Origin: Alloascoidea hylecoeti
Taxonomy: Eukaryota
Assembly (NCBI GenBank): GCA_001600815.1
Contig: BCKZ01000002.1
Location: forward strand, 1,000,294-1,064,293
Length of the DNA stretch: 64,000 nucleotides
Reading direction: 5' to 3'
The notes below the pieces were generated by a model. It was not told the origin of the DNA, ran no database searches, and saw only the letters and a list, made by a program, of their open reading frames with translations. A program made the translations under genes and the position numbers. Shown in pieces: positions 10,071 to 22,152 of the stretch (position 1 is its first letter; every line of letters starts with the position of its first letter).

Positions 10071-11765
10071 TCAACCCCTCCAACAGTATTCATCGAAACA
10101 CTTCTTGCATTGCTCAGTTGGTTCCTCTCCTCGTCTATCTTGTTCGCGCTTAATAACAGCACAGGCGACACAGGCTGGCCATTCAGGATCCTCCAATAAA
10201 TCATTTCTACTGGCAGTCTGGAAACCGTTTCTAACCATACCAGCCTTTGCTAATTCGTTGTAGACAAGAGTGCCGGATGCAGTGTTTGATGTGTAAGAAT
10301 ATAATCTATTTGCAATGTATATAATCAATGGCGGGGTTGTTGCTAAGTCTGTTAGGTTTGCAGCATCACAACCAAAGAAGACGGGTTTTGAATTCAAACC
10401 CTCGGCTATATAAGTTGAAATACTTGGAACAGGAGGGAAAGCAATTCCTCTACCGAGTCTTTCAAATTGTCTTTGATATGTGCTTATGATCGCAAGACCG
10501 TCAGGCCAGTTGAATATATTTCCAGAGTTATCAAATGCAAAAATTGTATCGACTTGTCTTTCCGGTTGAAGTAATGGAGCTAAAGGAATGTTTTGGTCGT
10601 CTTCACCGCCATCTACTAAAAACAGGCTATCTGAAGAGGTGAGCGAACTTTTATCATTATAGTTCAAAAAAGGATTAGGTTTATAGACTGCCGTCACAAT
10701 TTTATCTTGTCCTAAGTTACTCCAGACATTGTGAACCAAGTCGTATAAAAGTCCCTTGAATGGAATTTTATTCACCAACAAACTAATACCATTGAAAATT
10801 GAAGATGATGTTCCTAAGACTAATCCAGCATTGTCATATCCTGCAACACAGCTATTCGATACAATGGGTGCACCTTGGCTAATATTCGTGCCTAAATATT
10901 TGACATCTGCGAAAGCTTCTAACGAAGGATCCCATGATCCCAACTCAAAAGGATTGAACTCGAAGACAGTGGAGTTCAAATTTATCTCTGCGCTCTCTGA
11001 ATATCTACCATCTGCAACGACTATTGGAAATGGCATTTCATGATTAACAAAAGGATCCAAATCTTGAATTGAAGACCAAGTGTAACCAGCGGTTGTCTCA
11101 AGTGTCATATTAAATAAATGTGCAGCCAATACCCTACCATAAGGATCGGTCAAATCAATTGGGTAACCAGCATCGAATCTATCTTCTATGTCTTCGGATA
11201 TTTGTAGCCAAAATTCAGAATTTTCAAGGGCATCAAGTCCACCTGGAGTAGGCAACAAATAATCAAGATCCCAGATACCTGATCCGGGCTCTAGAATGTC
11301 GTGAACTGTTGTCCAATTATTCATGACTAATGAGCCAACAAACCACGCACCTCCCGACAAACCAGTGATATAACTTGATGCCTGAACTATTCCGCCCAAC
11401 CCAGTTTCATTTGCGCCAGGGGTTCTACCATCAAGAGCGGAAAATTGACCAGCACCGCTTAACATTGCTCTAAAACCACCACCAGAAAATGCCATTCCTA
11501 TGCCGAGCGAAACATTTGATAAAAACTTTTCATGATCAAAGTCCTTAAGACCAGCTCTTGATATATAATCTACCAATGCAGCATCTGTGATCTTGTGTCT
11601 TTCATCGATCCAAGTCTTTTCTCTAGGACTTAAGCCATCGGCATCTCTGACCAAAGGGCCAGCTGGACATTCAACAGGACCAGGGGCGTATGAGTTTGTA
11701 GGAGACCAGGCCGATGCCAAACAGGCATTGGTGACTAGGCATAATAAGGTCTGATTGATTTTCAT
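10071..11765 (-). CDS. Secreted lysophospholipase / phospholipase B
   Basis: Signal peptide, WSPTNSYAP, SGGGFRAM, GLSGG nucleophile motif, LVDGGED; ends CFDEYCWRG with no GPI tail. Confidence 0.95.
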   Translation of the reverse strand: MKINQTLLCLVTNACLASAWSPTNSYAPGPVECPAGPLVRDADGLSPREKTWIDERHKITDAALVDYISRAGLKDFDHEKFLSNVSLGIGMAFSGGGFRAMLSGAGQFSALDGRTPGANETGLGGIVQASSYITGLSGGAWFVGSLVMNNWTTVHDILEPGSGIWDLDYLLPTPGGLDALENSEFWLQISEDIEDRFDAGYPIDLTDPYGRVLAAHLFNMTLETTAGYTWSSIQDLDPFVNHEMPFPIVVADGRYSESAEINLNSTVFEFNPFELGSWDPSLEAFADVKYLGTNISQGAPIVSNSCVAGYDNAGLVLGTSSSIFNGISLLVNKIPFKGLLYDLVHNVWSNLGQDKIVTAVYKPNPFLNYNDKSSLTSSDSLFLVDGGEDDQNIPLAPLLQPERQVDTIFAFDNSGNIFNWPDGLAIISTYQRQFERLGRGIAFPPVPSISTYIAEGLNSKPVFFGCDAANLTDLATTPPLIIYIANRLYSYTSNTASGTLVYNELAKAGMVRNGFQTASRNDLLEDPEWPACVACAVIKREQDRRGEEPTEQCKKCFDEYCWRG

Positions 11766-13286
11766 CCTATATTAGAATTGAGCTAATTAATCTATGAGGG
11801 TTTAAGGCAATTCTCATCCCATATTTATATATTCTCTTGTAAAGATCCATTTGCATATGGGAACCGGAAAACATTACGGACACAAGATAAAGATAGCCTC
11901 AAATTCTTTTACGTGTCGAACAGTTCTGGGGTCTGTCTATTATCTTGGACGACCGAATTTTTTTTTCATTTATTTTCAATAAGCTTTTTTCAGTTTCGAA
12001 GAAAAAATATTCATCGCTTTCAGCTATAGTTATGCATGCCCACGTGTTGAAATGAAAACATTCAACTCTTCCATTAGTCCAATAGTAACAGTAGCTGTCC
12101 GTATATGCATATTATATAGGAACATTTGGGGACTTGGATTAACATGTGTTTCCTAAGGTTATAGATAATATGTGCCACAAAACGAGGTTTCTCAAGTTTG
12201 TAATGTTTGAAATGCAGACTTGTTCATCATTATCTAGATCTACTTATGTATGGAGTTGCATACTCTTGATATATATTTGCTAGGAGGACTGTTCTGTTTG
12301 TTTTCAATTCTCCTTTTTAATTCTGACTATTCCGATTCAATAATACTTTAAGTTAATATTAGTTCATATCTTCTGATCAAGTCTCTACAGCATGGGAAAA
12401 AGAAAGAATTTGTGATCTCCACGTGCACGGAAACCCCAACATTGATTTTAAGCTCTGTTATCGAGCGTAATCTTAACCTTAGAAATCAAAAAAATTCATA
12501 TTTACAAAAACTTTTTAGGCAAACCTAAATATACCACGACCGATTGTAGTCGATCATGCTTTTTGAGAAGATATGTGAAAGCGCTCAGTACTCTGTGCTA
12601 AAAGTCATTACTACACTTGATATATGTTTCCCGTGAATACGGGTTGTCATGTACAGCTAATCACTTCTACAAGTCTTTCAGGAACAGCTTATCGAAAATG
12701 AATTCATTGGCCACAAAAAGGCACAGCATATCCACAATAAGGAGCACAATAAAATGGCACCAGGTGAGAATAATAATATTATTAATTATAATGAGAATAT
12801 TTTTGGAGATGGCAGTTGGGTTAACGCCTTTCATTAAAATCCTCAGCATAGTTTAACTTATGTAATTTTTAGCGTTTTAAGTTGTTGTTTTGTTATGCAA
12901 TTGAGCTTAATAGCATATAAAGATAATTATCAGTGAATACACAAAACGCGGATAGTTACAGCATAACCACATGCATGTAGGACCCTATGGCCAAAATAGG
13001 TATAAGGTTTAATATATTTCCGTAATCGTTTCACTTGAAATTTTTATCCGCGCAAGTTTTAAATTTGTATCACTTCCCTTAAATCCTTTTAAATCAGAGG
13101 AGCTTATTACATCCTAACTCCTGTTTAGTGAATGAAGTAGTCTTAAGGCTTTTAACAATGTTTGGAATTCTGTACCTGTTACAAATAATGAAAGGAAAAT
13201 AATAATAATTTTGTAATGTATTTGTTATATAATTCAGCTATCAGGTATATAATTTTTAAAAAAAACATTTAACATTCTTTCAAAAA

Positions 13287-14053
13287 ATGAAACTAACTAC
13301 TTTAGTATCCTCTTTGAGGTTTGTCTCAATCACTCCTGCCACAGGTGTTCATCAGCTAGAACTTACTCGCTCGGTTAGTTATAAATCAAGCATTCCTGAA
13401 TTCAATAAGCGGGACTCTGGAACTTTATATAGTGATGTGAACCTGGTAAAGAGGCAGTTTGGTATAGTGTTGATATCGAAATTGGATCGAATATTAGTAT
13501 TCCGCATGGTATCTTTGGCCTTTCGTTTAACATAGCAGGTGGAACTGGAAGTGAAAATTTTCTTCTTTCCTATAATAGCTATCCAGCTGCTTTGTCGAAT
13601 ATAAAGCTTTCAGAAGGTGGTTACAATTCAAATGTTGAAGAGCAAGTCGTTTTAGATATTGGCTCATCAATTAGCTATCTTCCAGATAAAACTGTTAAGT
13701 CAATTGTCAAGTCATTAAAAACAACCAGGGGCGGAGATCACCATAAATATCCGTGTGAATCAAGTTCAAGTTAAAGTACTATAGATTTTACATTCGATTG
13801 TCTTACTATAAAAGTACCTCTTTCAGAATTTCAAAGATCAACTGATGAAGAAAATGAAAAAGGAAATTCATTATGTTGGTTGGGATTGGCTTCAAATACG
13901 ACTTTTGGGGATACAAATATTCTTGGTGATACTTGTTTAACAAGTAAATATGCAGTTTTCGATTTGGACAATTATCAAATTTCTCTAGCACAGGCTAATA
14001 GAGGTGCAAATAGTAGTGATTCAAATGTTGAATCTATAGATATAAGTGGATAA
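13287..14053 (+). pseudogene. Secreted aspartic protease (yapsin/SAP-like) pseudogene
   Basis: Signal/propeptide ending ...FNKR; N-terminal lobe largely missing; VVLDIGSSISYLP (degenerate D-S/T-G motif); in-frame TAA at 13772; same frame continues IDFTFDCLTIKVPLSEF...CWLGL...ILGDTCLTSKYAVFDLDNYQISLAQA to TAA at 14051-14053. Confidence 0.85.
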
Positions 14054-15135
14054 GTCCCGGTAGATACTTAATGTACGAGTGATGAGCCAAGTGACATAAA
14101 CTTTTTTTGAAGTATCCGGCCAGTTTATTCAAATAAATAGATTAATATGTTAAGTTTTATTCTTAAGTATATGTGTATATTTCCTTCATTTAAAATTATT
14201 TATGATATTCAGTTATTGATCTTGAGCTCATAGTATACAAGTATACATGTATATCAATTTTTCCCAACTGTGTATGTAGTGTCACAGTCTCAAATGGTAA
14301 TTAGTATAATTAGAAGCTTAAATTTACAACTAGGAGTTTATATCAAAACTTAGAAAACACGTTAATCAAGTCTTTTACAACTCGAAGCTTATAAAACGCG
14401 ATATAATGATGAACACATATAGCTAAACCACGGTATTTTATCTATTTATTATTTAATATAGACATAAGTTCAATTACATCATTAAGGTTACCCAAAGGTA
14501 CGTATTGGGTTCCTTCCTTTCAGCCTTATAAAATAGCGGTGACATGTAGTATATATATACTATGTAGTACATGTAAGCCTTATAGACGTTCTATTTTGCA
14601 TCCCTGGTGATCATTTATATACTTATGTAATTATTTAATTCAATTTCTTCAAAGTATTATAATCTGAAGGTTACATATGTTAATATTATGTTAGCATTCA
14701 CCAAGAAATTTACAATTGAGATATAGACCTATATTTTAGATATCATGTAAAAGCGAACACCATACGTGAAATTTCTTTATATTATTATATACTGCAATTT
14801 ATTTTATAATTAATATTAAGATTACCAGTTGCAGTTAAACGCCATATTCTTTATGCAGGGCCTTTCTAACTAGATTTGAGTTACAATAGATGCATAAAAG
14901 TATAATTATAAATAAACCTTTTTCGTATTTTTACTCCCAACAATCTACAACTCTAAAATACCTATTACTAAAATAAGTCCAGCTTTGCTGTAGAAAGCTT
15001 CCTAACGGGGAAGTCCAATCTAAGGCCCTTCTCTGAAGCTGATAAGATAATGTTATGTGGTACGCAGGTAGAGAATGATATATGACATAGTATAGTATAT
15101 TATTTACTTTATCTACAAGGAAGGTGTTCATTTGA

Positions 15136-15490
15136 AGATCAGGATATCTCGTCGTCTCCACAAATTCGTCTATATTTACCACATTTGGAAATGTCTTCAT
15201 AACCGCACATCTTAACTGTAACTTTACCTCGTCGATGCATCATCGCACAGCCTAGACATAGGCATATAACAGTACAAGTGTACTGTATGCGACAATCTTC
15301 CGTGTAACAGTTAACACACAACTTCATGACGAGAAGTGCCTCACTTTGTCGAAAACTTTGGTGCAAATTCCAGAGACAAGATAAGATATTCTTGATGCAA
15401 GATAAGGCCCCTGTTCACAAGGTTGGTGTTATCATCTTGTGGTTTTAAGTGAAGGGAATTGAGATGATGGAGTAGCATACATTTCTTTAC
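15136..15490 (+). mobile_element. Degenerate Tc1/mariner transposase relic
   Basis: FLMQDKAPVHKVGVIILWF*VKGIEMME* at ~15389-15475 (cf. FMQDNAPxH...WFxxxGIEVMEW); DNA similar to 40970-41082. Confidence 0.75.
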
Positions 15491-16228
15491 AATTAATTTT
15501 AAAAGTAACATCTAATTAACTATTGGATGAATCTCTAACTTTTATTTTGAAAACATTATTGTTAACAGGATATGTGTCAAAATGAGTATGGATGACTAAT
15601 CGACTCAATAATGGGAATCCAAGTAATGTTTAGCTGTTGGGTGTAATATTTCCCAACGTTAGATGCATCAGGAAGCGCCAATTAATTTCTATGAATAAGT
15701 TGGTAGTTCAATATGCTAAATAACATTCTCACGTCATTTTAATTAAATCCCAAAGTATTGGTTATTTACCAAGACCCCGCAGTTCCCCCACTAATTAAAA
15801 CTTCTCGAAAATAATGGTATAGAAAAACCCGCAAATGTTTTTTATTATTTCATGAGGTGTCTAATACTAGTAAAATCTAGTAGTTGAAAATATCTTACTT
15901 GATATTTTTGTTTAAATTCAGATCCAGCTAAGAATATATATGGCCTATAACTGTATTTGAAGTTAAGGCCTGTGAGGGTAAAATCTGAATTACATTTTTT
16001 TATCTATTTTTATTTTCCAGCTGATTGATTAAATTTACTTCTGTATGATTAGTTGTCTTCATATTTCTTGTAATTATAATTATTACAGCTATAAATTGTA
16101 ATGTCTGGTCCATTTACCTGAAGTTCAACACATTATAACCGATACCCCAGAATTATTCACAAACCTTAAGGGCTCCTCCATTGCACTTAATTAGCCTATA
16201 TTTATATATATATCAACATAAGGTCGGT

Positions 16229-18103
16229 ATGATAATTACAGATCTTCCATCAGATATCCTTATCAATATTATTGACAACTATCTTACATTATTAGATTCA
16301 TATCATTTCTGTATTACATGCAAATCAATTTATAATTATTATGAACTACCAGGTTTCGAAATGATTATAGGTTTAAATCTTGATCAAGAAAATGAAGAAT
16401 TTAAGATTTCAAGAAGGTCATTAAAAAGGAAATATAGTGCTACTAAAAAGAATTTAAAAAAAACTAGGGAAATAATTGATGTTTTTAAAAAAGGTTTATT
16501 TAATAAACAAAATTTAAGAGAAATAAATTTCGATGATAATTTAAAGTTAGATTTAAGGAAACTAATTAATAAGTTAAGATGTGTAATTGAGTTTGAAGAT
16601 TATAATGATGAACTTTCATTGTTCCCTAACTTTTATACTGGAAATGTTTTAAAGATTCGAGAAATACAAACGATCCTTAGAGATAGCAATTGTACGAATC
16701 TAGGCACTATCACAGAGAAAATAAAACCTATTAGATCTAGGGGATATATAATGTCGATTAGGAATCGCGAGAAGAAAAGAGAAAAGTTTCATGTCAAGGA
16801 AATAGACTATGATAAAAGTTCTATGGTATTTTTCACACAAACTTGTTTATTAACCAATCCCCTTGACAAATTTGACTGGTATAGCATAACAGAAAACTCA
16901 CTTATTGAAAATATCAAATATAAACATGATTGCAATTTGCTGGAGATTGATGATAATTCTAGAACTAATGTTTATGTAAATCGATTTCCGTTTCAAGTTT
17001 CTAACATGAAGAGAAAATTTGATGATCAAAGTTTATATGAGAGAATCTTCGTTTATAACTATAACACCAGTTGTGGTACGAGAGCTTATTGTATACTATT
17101 ATCAATACTCTATACGGGTAGTAATATCATATTGGAGTGTTATAAACTTAATGATAAAACTGAGTTATACTGGAAAGTTAAAATTTCCTATCAATTGAAA
17201 TCTCTAAAACTCCCTTTAGACCAAAGGATAAATGTGCAAATTTCAGATAACATAATAATTGTACCAATAAATATTGAGAATTTCAAGATATATTGGCTTG
17301 TTTTTGATTTGAAAACTGGACAATATTTAGGAAAATATATTCATACACTTTTATCATATATTAATATCAATAATGAAAATGAAAATGATAATTATTCACA
17401 TTCAGATTTAAAAAGTCGCGAATTTAATTCAAATTTGAGTCAAATTTATTTACATGGACCAAGTGTTTTCATTAAAAGAGATATTTATAGACATAGCTTT
17501 GGAAATTTTCCAGATTATCTTTCGCGTATTCAAATACTTTCTATGCCTCTTGACTCATTTTTATCCCATCTCAATAACGAAGTTGATATCCACTTCACAG
17601 TCGAAATTTTAAAAATGCCCTCAAATTTAAATTCAAACCATCTAGAAGTTGAAACTAGTTGTAATCATAAGGCTAAATTTAAATCAGCTTTTGGTACCTC
17701 CTTTTCGACAAAACCGGTTTTAGATTGGAAAATATTGCTTGAAACCCCAGTATCTTCTGAAGATGGGGTCTTTTATGTAGATCATAGGCGCCAACCCAGG
17801 TTCATGAAAAAATTATTGGGAACACAGTTTTATTTATGGAACAATAGAATTATATTATTCTTAAAATACAATATAGTTGGGCGTCATGATGTTCAATGGA
17901 ATTTTGGTAGGATTACTCAATTACAAGAATCTAGTTTTTCAAGGTATTTGTTCTTATTTGATATGGAAACGAGAAAACGCAAGTATATCGATTTGGGAGA
18001 TTTTAAATGGAACGAAGATACCGAAGAGGACGATTTATTAATGATTGATGAAAAGTTTAATTTTACTCTTTTCACTGATTCTTGTATTAAAACTTCTCTT
18101 TGA
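16229..18103 (+). CDS. F-box-like protein (orphan)
   Basis: ATG at 16229; N-terminal ITDLPSDILINIIDNYLTLLDSYHFCITCKSIY fits the F-box consensus; remainder not recognised. Confidence 0.7.
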   Translation: MIITDLPSDILINIIDNYLTLLDSYHFCITCKSIYNYYELPGFEMIIGLNLDQENEEFKISRRSLKRKYSATKKNLKKTREIIDVFKKGLFNKQNLREINFDDNLKLDLRKLINKLRCVIEFEDYNDELSLFPNFYTGNVLKIREIQTILRDSNCTNLGTITEKIKPIRSRGYIMSIRNREKKREKFHVKEIDYDKSSMVFFTQTCLLTNPLDKFDWYSITENSLIENIKYKHDCNLLEIDDNSRTNVYVNRFPFQVSNMKRKFDDQSLYERIFVYNYNTSCGTRAYCILLSILYTGSNIILECYKLNDKTELYWKVKISYQLKSLKLPLDQRINVQISDNIIIVPINIENFKIYWLVFDLKTGQYLGKYIHTLLSYININNENENDNYSHSDLKSREFNSNLSQIYLHGPSVFIKRDIYRHSFGNFPDYLSRIQILSMPLDSFLSHLNNEVDIHFTVEILKMPSNLNSNHLEVETSCNHKAKFKSAFGTSFSTKPVLDWKILLETPVSSEDGVFYVDHRRQPRFMKKLLGTQFYLWNNRIILFLKYNIVGRHDVQWNFGRITQLQESSFSRYLFLFDMETRKRKYIDLGDFKWNEDTEEDDLLMIDEKFNFTLFTDSCIKTSL

Positions 18104-18687
18104 TAATATTATGCACTATCTACAAATTTTAATTACTTCACAAAGAAATCACGGGTTACAGATTATGTCGTAAATGAGCTGAATACCTCGTATAATTAGT
18201 TGACGATGAACCGAAACTTGTATTTGCTGAAGGCAATTTTCGATCCTTCAATTCATTTTATTATGCGTTTTAATACTGAAGTTATCCGCACGTAATATAT
18301 ATATATTTTCTTGGAATTATTTTTACATTATGCTTTCTTTCTTTTACATATACATTTAATTATAACTATGATTTAATATATCTTATTTCCTTTAAATTTT
18401 TACCCATCTTGCATGTAGCTTACGTTTTTCTAAAGACGACTTTATGATTAGGTTCATTGAATAAGCTGATAGACGACTATCACTTATTTGATATATTGGA
18501 ATACAGCTTAAGATATTAGTTAATTATATACTATTGAAAATACAGATGTGGGATATATAAGAAATACGAACAAATCTAACTAAACCACTTTTTTTAAGGT
18601 CTTGTCAGTATTTTTGATATCCGGGTAATGAAATAAATCATTCATTTTTTTACCATAGAAAAACATAAGATTGGCCTTTATTATTAA

Positions 18688-20115
18688 ATGTTGAGGTTGA
18701 CCAGTTTAAGGACAGGCCTTAGGGTGGGCCTTAGGGTGGGCCTTAGACCCTCATGCTTAAGTAAAACCCAACCATCTCTACTTAAATTTCCTAGATCTTA
18801 TTCCTTGACTTCTTCATACAGACCACCTACGACAAGCTCAAATATTTTAAATCTTACAAGAAATTCAATCATAATAATACAAAAAGGACAATTACAAAAT
18901 TATTCAAGTTATAAAATCAGAAACCCACTTGGGAAAAGATTGTTAAAATTGTCTGCTAGCTTTTCAAGAGGTTATTTAATTGTTTATTTCAGCACTCTTA
19001 TAATTGGAGGTTTATTTTATAATATTGTGTCCTATTATCTTGATCTCTATGAAAAACCAGCTCGTGATTGGCCTTTTGCGGCAAAAATATGGTTTAGGGT
19101 TGGTATAGCTTATACTGAATGGTCGCTTGGTACTCGAACTGGGATTAAGTGTCTTCAAACTGCAGTTGATATTTTGGAACGGCCTTTATTAGACAAAACT
19201 ACGGGCCAAGTTGATATAAGTAATAAAAGTGAAGATTGGTTAAATAAATACTCAGCTGTATTGATTAGACTGGGACTTTTACAGAATCATTCGAGGATAA
19301 TTGAACCAAAAATTGTAGCTAGTAATATTATAAAAGGATTACAAGTTGGTTACGGACCAGATGCTTTAAAATCTAAAGCATCGATTTATTTAGCCAGATT
19401 AGAATTGACCACTGGTAATTTAAAAATGGCAGAGACCCACCTTTTAAATGCAGTTAGTTATGGATTAAGAGATTCTACAGGAAATGATTCCAAATATCCG
19501 ATTACTGATATTTACACCAACAAAAATTCCGTAAATAAAGCTGATAAATCAATTGCAATCTTGCCAGAAGATTTCAATCCTACAAGAGAGACCATTGATG
19601 CTATCATAGAGACAGGTAAATTTTATGCCAGACATGATGATATAGCAACACCATTATCTATATTTTTATCTCTTTTAAGGTCATTACAATACCTAGAAGT
19701 TTTAAAAACTAGGGTTAACGAAAAGAAATCTTTCCTAACAGGAGAAAAGAAATTTAAGATGGGAAGAGGAGACATCGAGCCAAATGCTGAAGTCAAACGT
19801 GAAGAAGAACCATTATTAAAAGTGTATATTGGCGAATTACTATGGAAAATGGGAGAGAGAGAGAAGGGAATTGAATGGTTACGAGCGGCATTCAATGAAG
19901 CATATAAAGATAGTTATCTTGTTATTGGAGCTGCTGAATGTTGTAAAATTGCGGCGAATACTTTATCCAAAATGTATGAGAATTTTGATGGTGAAGAGGC
20001 AGCGGAAGAAGCTAAAAATTGGAAGCTACTTGCCAGTGATATTGGCATACCTGTTCTGGATTCAGGAGTGAACTCACTTAAATCGATGTTGTTCCACGGC
20101 TCCAGAGACTCGTAG
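18688..20115 (+). CDS. Mitochondrial inner-membrane helical-repeat protein, possibly Mgr3-like
   Basis: Arg/Leu/Ser-rich presequence lacking acidic residues, one TM segment (GYLIVYFSTLIIGGLFYNIV), TPR-like helical C-terminus; family call tentative. Confidence 0.6.
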   Translation: MLRLTSLRTGLRVGLRVGLRPSCLSKTQPSLLKFPRSYSLTSSYRPPTTSSNILNLTRNSIIIIQKGQLQNYSSYKIRNPLGKRLLKLSASFSRGYLIVYFSTLIIGGLFYNIVSYYLDLYEKPARDWPFAAKIWFRVGIAYTEWSLGTRTGIKCLQTAVDILERPLLDKTTGQVDISNKSEDWLNKYSAVLIRLGLLQNHSRIIEPKIVASNIIKGLQVGYGPDALKSKASIYLARLELTTGNLKMAETHLLNAVSYGLRDSTGNDSKYPITDIYTNKNSVNKADKSIAILPEDFNPTRETIDAIIETGKFYARHDDIATPLSIFLSLLRSLQYLEVLKTRVNEKKSFLTGEKKFKMGRGDIEPNAEVKREEEPLLKVYIGELLWKMGEREKGIEWLRAAFNEAYKDSYLVIGAAECCKIAANTLSKMYENFDGEEAAEEAKNWKLLASDIGIPVLDSGVNSLKSMLFHGSRDS

Positions 20116-20263
20116 AATTTTAATTGATATTTTTTACAAGTGTCAAAATCCCCGATCAAATTACCCTGCCATCTATTACTAATAGAATAGATACCTTGAA
20201 TAGTGTGTAAATATTTGTATATAATCACAATTGCCTATAATTATAAATATAAATATAATAAAA

Positions 20264-21292
20264 ATGGAATATAAAAATCTTGGAGCCTCTGGTCTTAAAG
20301 TATCTAGAATAATCTTTGGATGTATGTCATTTGGCGATCATACCTGGGGAGATTGGGTCATTGATGATGAGGATACAGCTTTAAACCTTTTAAAAAAGGC
20401 CTATGATTTGGGCATTAGAACTTTTGATACTGCTGACTCTTATAGTAATGGAGCATCAGAAAGGATTCTTGGGTTGTTTTTAAAGAAATATAATATTAAA
20501 AGAAGCACGGTTGTTGTTTTATCAAAGGTTTTTTTCCCTTATGACGAAGATACTCCAGTACCCAATTCAACCCATGGTGATCCATCGTATAGAATTGAGG
20601 ATCTTCATAATTTTAGGGGATTATCAAGAAAACATATTTTTGATTCAGTTGAACAGTCGGTTAGAAGATTGGGAACTTACATTGATGTTTTACAAATCCA
20701 CAGATATGACAATGATACACCTGATGAAGAAGTTATGAAAGCATTAAATGATGTTGTTAGTATTGGAAAAGTTAGATATATTGGAGCATCATCAATGAAA
20801 GCATATCAATTTGCAAAACTACAATTCACTGCTGAAAAAAATGGATGGACCAAATTTATTTCAATGCAAAACTATTACAATCTGTTATATAGAGAAGAAG
20901 AGAGAGAAATGATTCCATTTTGTAATGAAACTGGGGTTGGACTATTACCTTGGAGCCCAATTGGTCGTGGGGCGTTAGCTAAACCTGTTTCCAAACAATC
21001 AAGTTCGCTGAGATCTTCAGTTGATAAGGTTGCTAAAAAATTAGGATTAAAAGATTTTTCCGGAGCAGACGAAACAATTGTTAATCGCGTTGAAGAGCTT
21101 TCTATTAAGAAGGAAGTATCAATGGCCCAAATTGCAATTGCTTGGATTTTAACAAAGGGTGTTACACCTATAATTGGTTTCAATAAACTGGAAAGAATTG
21201 ATGAGGCAGTTGAAGCATTAAAGGTGGTGTTGACCGGAGAAGAAATCGATTATTTAGAGGCGGCTTATGTTCCCAAGCCATCTCATGTTTAG
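20264..21292 (+). CDS. Aldo-keto reductase (aryl-alcohol dehydrogenase / YPL088W-like)
   Basis: LGASGLKVSRIIFGCMSFG, FDTADSYSNG, YIDVLQIHR, MQNYYNLLYREEEREMIP, PWSPIGRG; ATG at 20264. Confidence 0.95.
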   Translation: MEYKNLGASGLKVSRIIFGCMSFGDHTWGDWVIDDEDTALNLLKKAYDLGIRTFDTADSYSNGASERILGLFLKKYNIKRSTVVVLSKVFFPYDEDTPVPNSTHGDPSYRIEDLHNFRGLSRKHIFDSVEQSVRRLGTYIDVLQIHRYDNDTPDEEVMKALNDVVSIGKVRYIGASSMKAYQFAKLQFTAEKNGWTKFISMQNYYNLLYREEEREMIPFCNETGVGLLPWSPIGRGALAKPVSKQSSSLRSSVDKVAKKLGLKDFSGADETIVNRVEELSIKKEVSMAQIAIAWILTKGVTPIIGFNKLERIDEAVEALKVVLTGEEIDYLEAAYVPKPSHV

Positions 21293-22152
21293 GCGTATAA
21301 CTCATATAGATAAAGATATAATTCATGGCTATGGTCATGGATTGAATAAGTGAGCGATATATATATATATATATATATATTATTTAGTCAATATTAATTA
21401 CAACATATGGTATGATATAATTATAGTGTATAAGATTAGGGTTCTTACGCGCCCGCTAGAGGACACGAAGATTACTATGGTTAAGATAGAGTCTCTCAAA
21501 GAACAGCTTAATTCCGGGAAAAAATTTGGACTTGATTCATGGGCAATTCTTTAAATTCTTGTGATTATGATGTTTCTTGCAATTGATATCAATGATGTTA
21601 ATTTCTGGAGTATACTAATGCTGAATATGATGCTAGAAATGTAACATTAATACTACTGATCTTTCATAACACTTTCTACTACATTTTGTGTAACTTTGAC
21701 TGTCCTCTCATACCTGATCCATCCATCCATTATTATTATTTATTAGAAGGCTGAGGAGGGAGTAACATTAATCCATCGATTGTTCCATGGTTGTAAAAGC
21801 CCAAACATCAAGTAAACATATAAGATTTAAAACTCTTTTTGTCCCACCTTCTATTTAAATATATCACCAAAACAATAATTCTTGGTTCAGTCTCTCTCTT
21901 TAACTTCATTTCTATTTATCAATATTAACAACACAAACCATACTCGTTGAAACTATTTCCAAATTGTCTGTCACTGTGTATTCGGACAACTTACTTTTCA
22001 TTCTTTTTAAATCATTTCACTCATTTAATATATTTAATTCATTTAATTTACTCTTTTGGATTCGCTTATCTTATCGATTGCTGCGTTCATCTCTTCATTT
22101 CATTCTCTCTTATTTTAAATTAACATTTATTTTTACTATTAATTTTATAAAT

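Noticed and set aside
18716..18746. GGCCTTAGGGTG repeats containing TTAGGG
   Set aside because: In-frame 12-bp slippage (GLRV) inside a mitochondrial presequence, not telomeric
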